In this document: positions 9,068 through 17,544 of the stretch, piece after piece
Layout: each line of letters starts with the position of its first letter
Numbering within the stretch: position 1 is the stretch's first letter
Assembly (NCBI GenBank): GCA_943354505.1
Contig: CALRCE010000003.1
Span: 7,255-71,254, forward strand
Direction: 5' to 3'
Source: Candidatus Peribacteria bacterium
GTDB lineage: Bacteria; Patescibacteriota; Gracilibacteria; UBA1369; 2-02-FULL-48-14
DNA: 64,000 nucleotides
Made by a program: the position numbers and the translations under genes
Notes under the pieces: model-generated
Told to the model about the DNA's origin: nothing
The model's database searches: none
Seen by the model: the letters and a program-made list of their open reading frames with translations, nothing else

Positions 9068-9502
9068 TGGTGGAGATGGCGGGAATCGAACCCGCGTCCA
9101 AAAAGGAAGTGCGAAACTCTCTACTTTCATAGTCTATCCTGTGTACGTTGAGCCAATAAAGGACAGACGAAAACGACCTCAACGTGTCTTCAAGGTTTCA
9201 GTTTACGAGTGGAACACAAGCCCCCGCAAACCTAAGCCCCGAGTATGACACCCGATCTCTCTCACAGGGCCTCAGAGAGTGGGCGTGACCGCGCTAAATG
9301 GCAGTCATGAAGAGGCGACTAGGCAAAAGCCAAAGCAGGAGCCAGACGAGCTGGAGCCATAGCCTTGAGAGCTGCTACGAGACCTTCTTCAGTAGTGTTT
9401 TTAGCACTTGAATTTGTCTGGACGGATTAGAGGTGGGACCAGACAACCACCTGAAAGCAAGCTTCGGACTTCGAGTCTTCTTGTCGAAACCTGTACATCC
9501 CC
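9068..9502 (-). ncRNA. ssrA: tmRNA (ssrA), about 435 nt
   Basis: On the minus strand, the 5' end is GGGGATGTACAGGTTTCGAC and the 3' end is GGACGCGGGTTCGATTCCCGCCATCTCCACCA. The acceptor pairing includes a G3:U wobble. An internal frame GCT AAA AAC ... GCT TTT GCC TAG spans 9405..9319. Confidence 0.85.
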
Positions 9503-9617
9503 ACGTTTTCAAAGAGCAAAGAAAGTCTACTAGGAAACCCCTTCTCCGTCCACCTATTTCCAAATGAGCTCGTTTGATGTAGAGTAAGGAGATTTATCAA
9601 AACTAAAACAAATCCTA

Positions 9618-10763
9618 ATGTCCCTCGAGTCCCACGACAACGGTCCCGAAAAGAGCACTGCAGAAAAAGCACGGGATTATCTGCGGGAGGGCGCTCACCT
9701 TTCTCTGTCCAATGTGATGCCAAAACTAGGGGACGATGGAAGTTTTATCGGACGAATAAATTTCATCAAACGAAATCCAAAGTTCGTGACGAATTTTAAC
9801 AAAAACAAACCAGAAGATATGCCGCCCCTGGACACGAAGAAAGACGCATACGGATACAAAGGGACTGAGGGGCAAAATATGGTCTACCTGCAGACCTATC
9901 TTGAAATAAAGGCCGCCGAACCGGAGAAAAAGGTCGAGGTAAAAGAAGTGGCCATCGCAGACCCGGACAAAGACCCCAGCATGCCCGCAAACAGCGAGGA
10001 GGACCTGGATGCGTATCTATCCTTCTTGCCCAAGAAAGAAGAGGTCAACACGGGAACAGTTTCTGAAGTAGAAATACACACATACCGCGAGGACTTAGGC
10101 TCAAATGAAACGGCCACCGTATCGCCTGTTACGAACGATCCTGCTAACCCCAAGGGGACAGAATCCCTTGTCGTCAGTGACAAGAAACCCGTGGTAGATG
10201 TTAAAGCAGGTCCCCTCGCCGACGTGCTTGGCAGCGAAGCTCCTAACGATAGAGCCGCCACTCTCGTCAAAGCATTGGCCAGCGAGTCGGGAGACATGAA
10301 ATACCTTGTTGAAGCCTGGCCCATGGCACTGTCTGCCGCTGCAACAACAGTTCAGGAAGGATTACAAAGCCAGGGCTTGAATCCTTACGACACTCTTGCC
10401 AATACCGTTTCTGCAAGTTTAAAGAGCGGGGATGTTGTCTTAAATTTAAAAGACGGCAGAACTATAACAACAGCCCTCCTGCCAGAGGACGCATGGTACC
10501 CAGCAGTGGACATTCGCGAGGGACTTCACAACGCTCCAATAGCCAAAAGGACTATCGAGCTCTCGGACGACCCCATCGAGTACACAGCGGCAGAACTAGC
10601 AGCAAAGGCTCGCTCCGAACAAATTGCAAGCATCAATGCCAGCAAGGACAAAATCCCTGACCCCTCGGTCTTCAGAGATGATGAGGAGTTCCAGTTCGAT
10701 GACGACGCAACATTCACAGCCAGCGCAAAGAAAGACGACGAGCCCGGCAAAAAGGATTCCTAA
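9618..10763 (+). CDS. Hypothetical acidic protein (orphan)
   Basis: 381-aa ORF with no TM helix, no signal peptide and no recognisable motif. Its codon usage looks more A/T-ending than its neighbours. Confidence 0.45.
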   Translation: MSLESHDNGPEKSTAEKARDYLREGAHLSLSNVMPKLGDDGSFIGRINFIKRNPKFVTNFNKNKPEDMPPLDTKKDAYGYKGTEGQNMVYLQTYLEIKAAEPEKKVEVKEVAIADPDKDPSMPANSEEDLDAYLSFLPKKEEVNTGTVSEVEIHTYREDLGSNETATVSPVTNDPANPKGTESLVVSDKKPVVDVKAGPLADVLGSEAPNDRAATLVKALASESGDMKYLVEAWPMALSAAATTVQEGLQSQGLNPYDTLANTVSASLKSGDVVLNLKDGRTITTALLPEDAWYPAVDIREGLHNAPIAKRTIELSDDPIEYTAAELAAKARSEQIASINASKDKIPDPSVFRDDEEFQFDDDATFTASAKKDDEPGKKDS

Positions 10764-10771
10764 TTCTTAGG

Positions 10772-13700
10772 CTACTTCTCAACCACCGCCCCATTCGCAT
10801 TCTTCATTTTCTTGCCCAGCGCGAGCAGTGATTTCTTGAGTTCCTCGACCCAAGACACTCCCAAGTTCTTGAACGAAATTTTGAGCTTGGTTCCCGAAAT
10901 GATCCACGTGTTGTTGTATTCCAAAAGCGACATGATGTTTTCGGGACGCACAGCCTCGGACATGTGCAAAACGATTTGTCTATCTTCGGTGGAGTGCACG
11001 TTCTCGGCCTTCACGTTGAGAATGCCGGCTTTTTTTGCGAACATTTTAATCTCCAAAACGCGGAATAAATTCGAAACCTCTTCGGGCATTTTTCCGTAGT
11101 CTTCCACGAGCTCCATATGAAGTTCCGTGAGATACTCGAGCGTGTCTGCTCCGGCCAATTTCTGATAAACAGAAATCTTTTCTTTGGAGCTGACGATGTA
11201 CTCGTCGGGCACGTAGGCGGGCAGCGGAATTTCGATGGTCACGTCCTTGAGCGCCGTTTCCCGTTCCTTCACCTTTTTACCTTTCTTTAAATCTTCCACG
11301 GCTTGATTGAGCATGCGCACAAAGTGTGAAACTCCAACCACTTGAATGGCACCGGACTGGTTGGCCCCCAGCACGTCTCCCGCCCCACGGATCTCCAAGT
11401 CCTTCATCGCAATTTGGAATCCAGCTCCGAGTTCGTTGGCCTCCACAATGGCCTTGAGACGCTTTTTCGCGTCGAGCGGCAAGCGTTGCATTTGGTACAA
11501 AAAGTACGAATAGGCTTGTTTTCGAGAACGCCCCACACGCCCTCGCAACTGATAGAGCTGCGAAAGCCCAAAGCGTTCGGCGTTGTTCACGATCAGCGTG
11601 TTAGCATTCGCCAGGTCGATTCCATTTTCAATGATCGTGGAGCTCACGAGTACGTCGTACTCACCATTCTTGAAGGCTAAAATTCGGCGTTCCAGCTCAT
11701 CTGGATTGAGCTTGCCGTGCGTAACCACGATCTTAGCCTTTGGCAGCAAGGACCGCAGCTTAGAGGCCATGTCATCGATGGTTTGCACTCGGTTGTGTAA
11801 AAAATAAATTTGCCCGCCACGCTCCATTTCTTTTTCCACCGCGCCTTTGATCAGCGCCAACGAGTAGCGACGCACTTCGGTGACAATGGGTAAACGTCCG
11901 GGCGGCGGCGTGGTGATCGTCGTAATGTCACGAAGTCCATGCAAACTGATGTTGAGCGTTCGTGGGATCGGCGTCGCCGTCATGGTCAAAATGTGCACTT
12001 CTTTGCGGAAGTCTTTAAGCCGCTCTTTTTGCTTCACTCCAAAACGCTGTTCTTCATCGATGATGAGCAGGCCCAAATCCTTGAACTTGATGTCGTCCTG
12101 CAAGAGACGGTGCGTCCCGATGATGATGTCGATTTCCCCACGTTCGAGGGCCTTCAAAATCTTCTTTTGCTCCGCAGGGGAGCGGAAGCGGCTGAGCATT
12201 TCGATGCGAATATTGAAGCCTTCCATCCGTTTCACAAAACTCTTGTAATGCTGATCGACTAGAATCGTGATGGGCGCCAACACCGCCACTTGCTTTCCGT
12301 TGTCCACCGCCTTGAACGCGGCCCGCATGGCGACTTCGGTTTTTCCAAATCCCACGTCTCCGCACACCAAACGATCCATCGGTTTTTTGCGTTCCATGTC
12401 CCGCTTCACATCCAAAATTGCACGGAGCTGACCGGGCGTGGGCTCGTACTGGAAGTTCTTTTCGAACTCGATCATACGTGCCGTGTCGTCCTCACACATA
12501 AAACCCTGAGCACTTTCTCGTTCCGCGTAGAGCTGCAAAAGTTCGGCGGCGATTTTTTCCGTTTCTTTGCGAACTCGGCTCTGCATCGTTGTCCACTCGG
12601 CACTTCCCAGGCGTGTCAGTTTTGGCACGCGATCTCCCGCTCCAATGAATTTGGAAACTTTGTCTGCCTGATCGATCGGCACAAACAGTTTGTCGTTTTC
12701 CGCGTAGCCGATTTTCAAATATTCACGAGTCACTTCGTCGATCGTGCGCTTGTCCAGTCCCAAAAACTGTCCAATCCCGTGGTCCGTGTGCACCACAAAA
12801 TCACTGGGCTTGAGGCCCGTTAAAAAATCGGTGTAAACCTTCTGGCGCTCGGGGCGTTTTTCTTGTTCTCCAAAACCTCCCACATTTCGATCCGAAACGA
12901 CCATGAATTGCAGTCCTGGATTTTGAAAAGCCTCCGGAAAAATATCCTCTTGATCCACGTGGAACAGAACCACTTGTCGTGCCGAAAAAGACTCGCCTTT
13001 TTTGTATGTGGAGAAGGGTATTTTCTTTTCCTCAAAAAGTCCCGTGTATAGCTCGGGATGTTTCGTGAACAAAAAGATCGTCCAGTCACTCGTCAATTTT
13101 TCGCGCAAATCCGCCACAAAATCCAGCGGGGTGTAGTACTTCAAAACGGACAAATAGTGCAGGTGGTGATGGTACGCCGTCTCCTCCATGAACGACCGGA
13201 ACTCCAAATAGCGCGACTCCGGCAGCCTCGTCTTCATCGCTTCTTCAAAGGCTTCGCTGTCGTCGTCGGGAAATTCCACCTCGTCGTCTAACACTAAAGA
13301 CCCTCGGCCAAAGTAAGGCAGGAGCGGGGTGTCCCCTTCTGGCACATCGATCGGATAGATTTCCACAGAATCGACTTCCTGAATGTCCACTTTTTCCGTT
13401 TGATCGAAGAGCGAAATCTTCTCCACTTCGTCGAAACCCATTTCCAAGCGTATGGGCGTTTCCATGTTCACGGGCCAAATCGTCATCAAATCACCGTGGC
13501 GGTAGTACTCACCCCGTTCCACATAAGCGTCCAGAGCCACTTCGTAACCAATCGAAATCAGTTCTTCAAACACCTCTACGGCATCGATGCTGTCCTTTTT
13601 CTTAAACTTCATGATGCCCCGCTTCACCACTTCGGGCTTAGGATAAAGCACAAAGAGTTCTCGATAAGGGATAACAAAAAAGCCGGTCCGCTTTTCGTCT

Positions 13701-14038
13701 AAAATCAAGGCCAGAAACTGCATCATTCGAACCTTATTTTCGCGCTCAAGTGTGCTCTGTCTCAAAGGGTTCTCCTCACGCTCAAAGCCAAAAGCCGGGA
13801 CGTCCCCCCAAAGGCTAAGATCCCGAAGTGCATTCTCCTTATGCTGAGAGTCACTGGTGAGCCACAAAATCTTATTCAAATCCTTAACCTCACGCATGAG
13901 GTCAGCGATCAAAAAAGCTTTTGATGAAATATTTCCGGCGCCCGAAATCGAGCTATAACCTTGATCTTGAAATTGCTCTATAACCTGCAGGTTCTGTCCG
14001 TGCGGGAAGAGCGTGATCAGATGTTTACAATCTTTCAC
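10772..14038 (-). CDS. mfd: Transcription-repair coupling factor Mfd
   Basis: 1088 aa. Motifs YEPTPGQLRAILDVKRDM, VCGDVGFGKTEVAMRAAF, DEEQRFGV and a TRCF C-terminal region. Confidence 0.9.
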   Translation of the reverse strand: MKDCKHLITLFPHGQNLQVIEQFQDQGYSSISGAGNISSKAFLIADLMREVKDLNKILWLTSDSQHKENALRDLSLWGDVPAFGFEREENPLRQSTLERENKVRMMQFLALILDEKRTGFFVIPYRELFVLYPKPEVVKRGIMKFKKKDSIDAVEVFEELISIGYEVALDAYVERGEYYRHGDLMTIWPVNMETPIRLEMGFDEVEKISLFDQTEKVDIQEVDSVEIYPIDVPEGDTPLLPYFGRGSLVLDDEVEFPDDDSEAFEEAMKTRLPESRYLEFRSFMEETAYHHHLHYLSVLKYYTPLDFVADLREKLTSDWTIFLFTKHPELYTGLFEEKKIPFSTYKKGESFSARQVVLFHVDQEDIFPEAFQNPGLQFMVVSDRNVGGFGEQEKRPERQKVYTDFLTGLKPSDFVVHTDHGIGQFLGLDKRTIDEVTREYLKIGYAENDKLFVPIDQADKVSKFIGAGDRVPKLTRLGSAEWTTMQSRVRKETEKIAAELLQLYAERESAQGFMCEDDTARMIEFEKNFQYEPTPGQLRAILDVKRDMERKKPMDRLVCGDVGFGKTEVAMRAAFKAVDNGKQVAVLAPITILVDQHYKSFVKRMEGFNIRIEMLSRFRSPAEQKKILKALERGEIDIIIGTHRLLQDDIKFKDLGLLIIDEEQRFGVKQKERLKDFRKEVHILTMTATPIPRTLNISLHGLRDITTITTPPPGRLPIVTEVRRYSLALIKGAVEKEMERGGQIYFLHNRVQTIDDMASKLRSLLPKAKIVVTHGKLNPDELERRILAFKNGEYDVLVSSTIIENGIDLANANTLIVNNAERFGLSQLYQLRGRVGRSRKQAYSYFLYQMQRLPLDAKKRLKAIVEANELGAGFQIAMKDLEIRGAGDVLGANQSGAIQVVGVSHFVRMLNQAVEDLKKGKKVKERETALKDVTIEIPLPAYVPDEYIVSSKEKISVYQKLAGADTLEYLTELHMELVEDYGKMPEEVSNLFRVLEIKMFAKKAGILNVKAENVHSTEDRQIVLHMSEAVRPENIMSLLEYNNTWIISGTKLKISFKNLGVSWVEELKKSLLALGKKMKNANGAVVEK

Positions 14039-14068
14039 GATGTTGCCAAAAAAGCTAAACCTTAAAAC

Positions 14069-15172
14069 CTAAACCTTGAGCGGCATAATGATATGCAAAT
14101 AATCCGTTCCCGAGGTCGGCGTCACCATAACAGGGGAAAGACCATCGTTCAAGCCCAAATTCACCTCCTTGCTTCCGAGATGAGCAAGCACGTCCAAAAG
14201 ATACTGCACATTGAGGGCTGTTTCGAGAGGCTCACCCGTCACTTGAGCAGCTAAATCCGAACTTCCCTGCCCAACCTGAGTTTCTTCACTGGCGATTTGA
14301 ACGCCATCCTTGCTGACTTTGAGTCGCACATTATTGCTGTTTTCTCGAACAATCACGGAAACTTTTTTAAGCCCCAGAATCAAATCCTCAGTCAAAAGCA
14401 CCGCATGGGTCTTAATATCCTTAGGTAAAATCTTTTCGTAATCCGGAAAGTTCCCTTCGATGAGCCGGGACATGAGCTCCACTCCATCAACCTTGAACAA
14501 GACCTGACCTTTTCCAACATAAGCTTCGAACTCGGGAACTGTGGTTGAACTCAAAACCTTCATCAATTCTTGCGCCGTCTTCGAGGGAACGATGAAGGAA
14601 AGGGTCTTTTCACTATCCTTCTCGGTGTTTAAAGTTTTTTCCCCCAAACGGTAACTGTCGGTGGCCGCCAGTTTCGTCACCTTCCCCGCTACCTGCCAAA
14701 AAACTCCGGTTAAAACAGGTCTGGAAATGTTTGTGGAAGCCGCAAACACAACCTGCTCCAGGGCATCTAAAATCGCTTTAACGGAAAACTTTAAGATTTC
14801 CGGCTTATCTAGTTTTGGTAAAAGAGGAAATTCTTCACTAGAAATTCCTTTCATTTTCGTCGTGGACCCCTTACTTTGAACCTGTAGAGTGTTCCCTCCC
14901 GTGACAGAAAGGCCTACATCTTTGTCATTCAAAAGAGACACGTAAGAACTTAAAATTTTCGCGGGTACCGTCAACGTTCCTTCGTTTTCCACCTCTGCTT
15001 CAAAAGAAGCTGAGATCGCAATCTCTAAATTGGTTGCCGATAAAAATAGCCGCTTCCCTTCCGCTTTCATTAAAATATTATTCAAAACAGGAAGTGTGTT
15101 GTTCGGACTCACCGCTCTATTCACCAATGAAAGAGCTAAGGAAAGATCCGCTTGAGAACAATTGAGTTTCAT
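14069..15172 (-). CDS. dnaN: DNA polymerase III beta sliding clamp
   Basis: 367 aa. N-terminus MKLNCSQADLSLALSLVNRAVSPNNTLPVLNNILMKAEG is typical of DnaN, and the protein has three-domain length. Confidence 0.9.
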   Translation of the reverse strand: MKLNCSQADLSLALSLVNRAVSPNNTLPVLNNILMKAEGKRLFLSATNLEIAISASFEAEVENEGTLTVPAKILSSYVSLLNDKDVGLSVTGGNTLQVQSKGSTTKMKGISSEEFPLLPKLDKPEILKFSVKAILDALEQVVFAASTNISRPVLTGVFWQVAGKVTKLAATDSYRLGEKTLNTEKDSEKTLSFIVPSKTAQELMKVLSSTTVPEFEAYVGKGQVLFKVDGVELMSRLIEGNFPDYEKILPKDIKTHAVLLTEDLILGLKKVSVIVRENSNNVRLKVSKDGVQIASEETQVGQGSSDLAAQVTGEPLETALNVQYLLDVLAHLGSKEVNLGLNDGLSPVMVTPTSGTDYLHIIMPLKV

Positions 15173-15211
15173 GAAATTTGGCTAAGTGAACGCAAAAAGT
15201 GAAGCAAACTT

Positions 15212-15537
15212 TTATGCACATGTCTATAAGAAAAGAACTAACTAAATAATATATAAATATAAATTGTAGTGATTACAGAGGACCCTTGCCAAAGTGGACA
15301 AAAAACGAGCAAAACAAACAAATCCAGCGCAAAGTTTTAGCCTGTCATGTGCAAAACTTTAATCTTAAAAAGTGAAAAATTGTGCAAAACTCGTGGAAAA
15401 CACCTAGACACCTTTAAAACTTGTGAACGACACGGCCATTGCCACGCAAAATCATAAGAAGGCTCCAGACATCCCGTGCAGAGTAAGGGTCAAAACAACA
15501 AAAAATCCCGTGCAAAACAAAATCCCACTTTTGCACA
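15212..15537. other. Candidate replication origin (DnaA-box-like cluster plus AT-rich tract)
   Basis: TTATGCACA at 15212-15220. TGTGCAAAA at 15348-15356 and 15381-15389. CGTGCAAAA at 15509-15517. TTTTGCACA at 15529-15537. A nearly pure AT tract lies at 15241-15266. Confidence 0.4.
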
Positions 15538-15542
15538 GAAAA

Positions 15543-17399
15543 CTAAGCCACCAGCACCGTGGTGTTGATAAGTGGACGACGGTCAAAGCGTCTCAAAATC
15601 AGCCCAGCCACCTCACTCCGTACGGCCCCTTCAAAGTCCACCACATCCAAGCGGCGCTTTTCGCGGGCCACCAATTTGTCCACCCCAGCCTTTGCCGCAT
15701 TCTCGATGTCGCGGATGAACTTGAGCTGTTCTTTTTGGTAGAAAAAGCCACGAGTGACCACAATCGGCGTCCCCAGGGCCTTCCCTTTGCTGACTTTAAT
15801 GACAATGCTCACCATTCCGTTTTGCGCCATGATCTCGCGCTCCTTGAGCACATGAGAGCCCAAATCTCCACGCATTTCTCCGTCCACGACCACAAAGCGC
15901 ACCTTAATGTCTTCGTTCTTCATTTCGACTTTTCCGTCGCGAATTTCAATCACCGTTCCGTTGTCCATCATATGCACATTTTTCTCAGGGATTCCCACCT
16001 GTGGCCCCAAGTTTCCGTGGGCACGACGCATATAAAAGTTTCCGTGGATCGGCACCAAATGATCGGGTCGAATGAGACTCATCATGAGCTTCAAATCCTC
16101 CTGCTGCCCGTGCCCGGACGTGTGCACGTCCATGATGCCATTGTGCACGACATTCGCGCCCAAACGGGCCAAAGCATCCACCAAGAACGCCACCGATTTT
16201 TCATTTCCAATGATTGGCGAAGAAGAAACCACTACCGTGTCCCCCGGCTTGATTTTGACCTGCGCATGCGAACCGCCCGCCATACGAGACAGCGCCGCCA
16301 TCGGCTCTCCTTGCCCTCCTGTGGTCAGAACCAAAACCTCACGGTCTGCAAATTTATTCACCTCTTTGAGCGGCTTCAGCTGATCCTTGTGAAATTTAAT
16401 AAACCCGAGCTTATGCCCAATCTCCACGTTTGCCTCCAAACTTCCGCCGGACAAAAAGACCTTTCGTCCATTGGCCTGGGCAAAGTCGATGAGCTGCTGA
16501 ATGCGTCCGATGAGGGAAGCAAAGCAAGTCACCACCACGCGCCCCGTGGCATCGGAGATCGCCTTTTCGAGATTGTCCGCCACCACACGTTCCGAAATGG
16601 TGTGGCCTGGTTTCGTGGCGTTGGTGCTGTCCGCAAACAAAATGTTCACGCCACGCTTGCCCAGCTCATTCATCTTGCGAATGTCGCATTCAATGCCGTC
16701 GGCGGGAGTGAAGTCGAACTTAAAATCCCCGGTGTGCACGATGCTTCCCGCGGGGCTCTTGATAAAAATTCCCATGGAGTCCGGGATCGAGTGATTCACG
16801 CGGAAGAACTCCACGCTGAATTGCCCAAAATGATAAACCTGCTCGTTGTCCACGACCTTGAGCCGAGTTTGCTTGAGCAGCTTGTGCTCCTCGAGTTGTT
16901 TCTGCACCAGGCCCAAAGAAAGCTTGGAACCAAACACGGGAGGGAAGCCAAGGTCCGGCAACACATACGCGAGCCCGCCAATATGATCCAAGTGAGCGTG
17001 CGTGATCAAAATTCCACGGATGCGATCCTTGCGCTCCACCAAATATTGAATGTCGGGAATGATGTAATCCACCCCAAACATTTCATCGTCGGGGAATTGA
17101 AAACCCATGTCCACGATCACAATGTCGCGTTCGTATTCAATGATCATGCAGTTCTTCCCCACTTCTTCAAGTCCACCCACCGGAATCATGCGCATGACTT
17201 TAGGGTGAACAGCCAAATTCTGCTTCGGCGCAGGTCGGCTTTGAGGATGAGGAGCTTGGGGCTCATGCCGACGGTCGGGAGGGCGGGGCTTCTTCATCGG
17301 ACCCGCTAAAACCTCGCCCTGGGGCGTTGCCAAAGGCGCCTTAGACCCGCCTTGCACGGCAGTCCTAAGCCATTCTGAAAGTTTATCGATTTTGCTCAT
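15543..17399 (-). CDS. rnj: Ribonuclease J (metallo-beta-lactamase/beta-CASP)
   Basis: 618 aa. Motifs MIPVGGLEEVGKNCMIIEY and ILITHAHLDHIGG, followed by a beta-CASP region. The N-terminal extension is Pro/Arg-rich. Confidence 0.9.
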   Translation of the reverse strand: MSKIDKLSEWLRTAVQGGSKAPLATPQGEVLAGPMKKPRPPDRRHEPQAPHPQSRPAPKQNLAVHPKVMRMIPVGGLEEVGKNCMIIEYERDIVIVDMGFQFPDDEMFGVDYIIPDIQYLVERKDRIRGILITHAHLDHIGGLAYVLPDLGFPPVFGSKLSLGLVQKQLEEHKLLKQTRLKVVDNEQVYHFGQFSVEFFRVNHSIPDSMGIFIKSPAGSIVHTGDFKFDFTPADGIECDIRKMNELGKRGVNILFADSTNATKPGHTISERVVADNLEKAISDATGRVVVTCFASLIGRIQQLIDFAQANGRKVFLSGGSLEANVEIGHKLGFIKFHKDQLKPLKEVNKFADREVLVLTTGGQGEPMAALSRMAGGSHAQVKIKPGDTVVVSSSPIIGNEKSVAFLVDALARLGANVVHNGIMDVHTSGHGQQEDLKLMMSLIRPDHLVPIHGNFYMRRAHGNLGPQVGIPEKNVHMMDNGTVIEIRDGKVEMKNEDIKVRFVVVDGEMRGDLGSHVLKEREIMAQNGMVSIVIKVSKGKALGTPIVVTRGFFYQKEQLKFIRDIENAAKAGVDKLVAREKRRLDVVDFEGAVRSEVAGLILRRFDRRPLINTTVLVA

Positions 17400-17506
17400 G
17401 AAATGTTTTTACAATTAAAGTATTCGTCTTCCCTCGAATTTTTTCAAAAGAAGTTTAACAACCGACGAGACTGAAGTCCAGAAAGAAGAACACAGAAAGC
17501 CTCTGG

Positions 17507-17535
17507 TTGAGGCGGCCTCACCCTCGTGCTATTTT
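17507..17535 (+). promoter_or_regulatory. Sigma70-like promoter for the murL-like/murD fusion
   Basis: TTGAGG (17507-17512), 17 nt, TATTTT (17530-17535), 9 nt before the ATG at 17545. Confidence 0.4.
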
Positions 17536-17544
17536 ATCCCCAGC

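Noticed and set aside
9011-9130. N-terminal 40 codons of ORF 7544..9130, and ORFs 9375..9563, 9427..9723 and 8793..9248
   Set aside because: They overlap the tmRNA gene (9068-9502). The ABC-F protein has a normal N-terminus from the ATG at 9010.
9068-10763. Genomic island integrated at tmRNA
   Set aside because: The orphan gene lies on the 5' side of ssrA, not at its 3' end. No integrase is present, and I did not see a duplicated copy of the ssrA 3' end.
15423-17309. Very long antisense ORFs. These include 15423..17309 (+, 628 aa), 3587..5098 (+, 503 aa), 20160..21554 (+, 464 aa), 61741..62865 (+, 374 aa), 46498..47649 (-, 383 aa), 31339..32436 and 32576..33655 (+), 53482..54480 and 51908..52807 (-), and 7580..8452 (+).
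   Set aside because: Each lies opposite a gene with unmistakable family motifs (rnj, ddl, flippase, murF, ftsZ, ftsA, VanW, rny, ABC-F). Their translations are Arg/His/Pro-rich low-complexity sequences with no motifs. They are shadow frames caused by codon bias.
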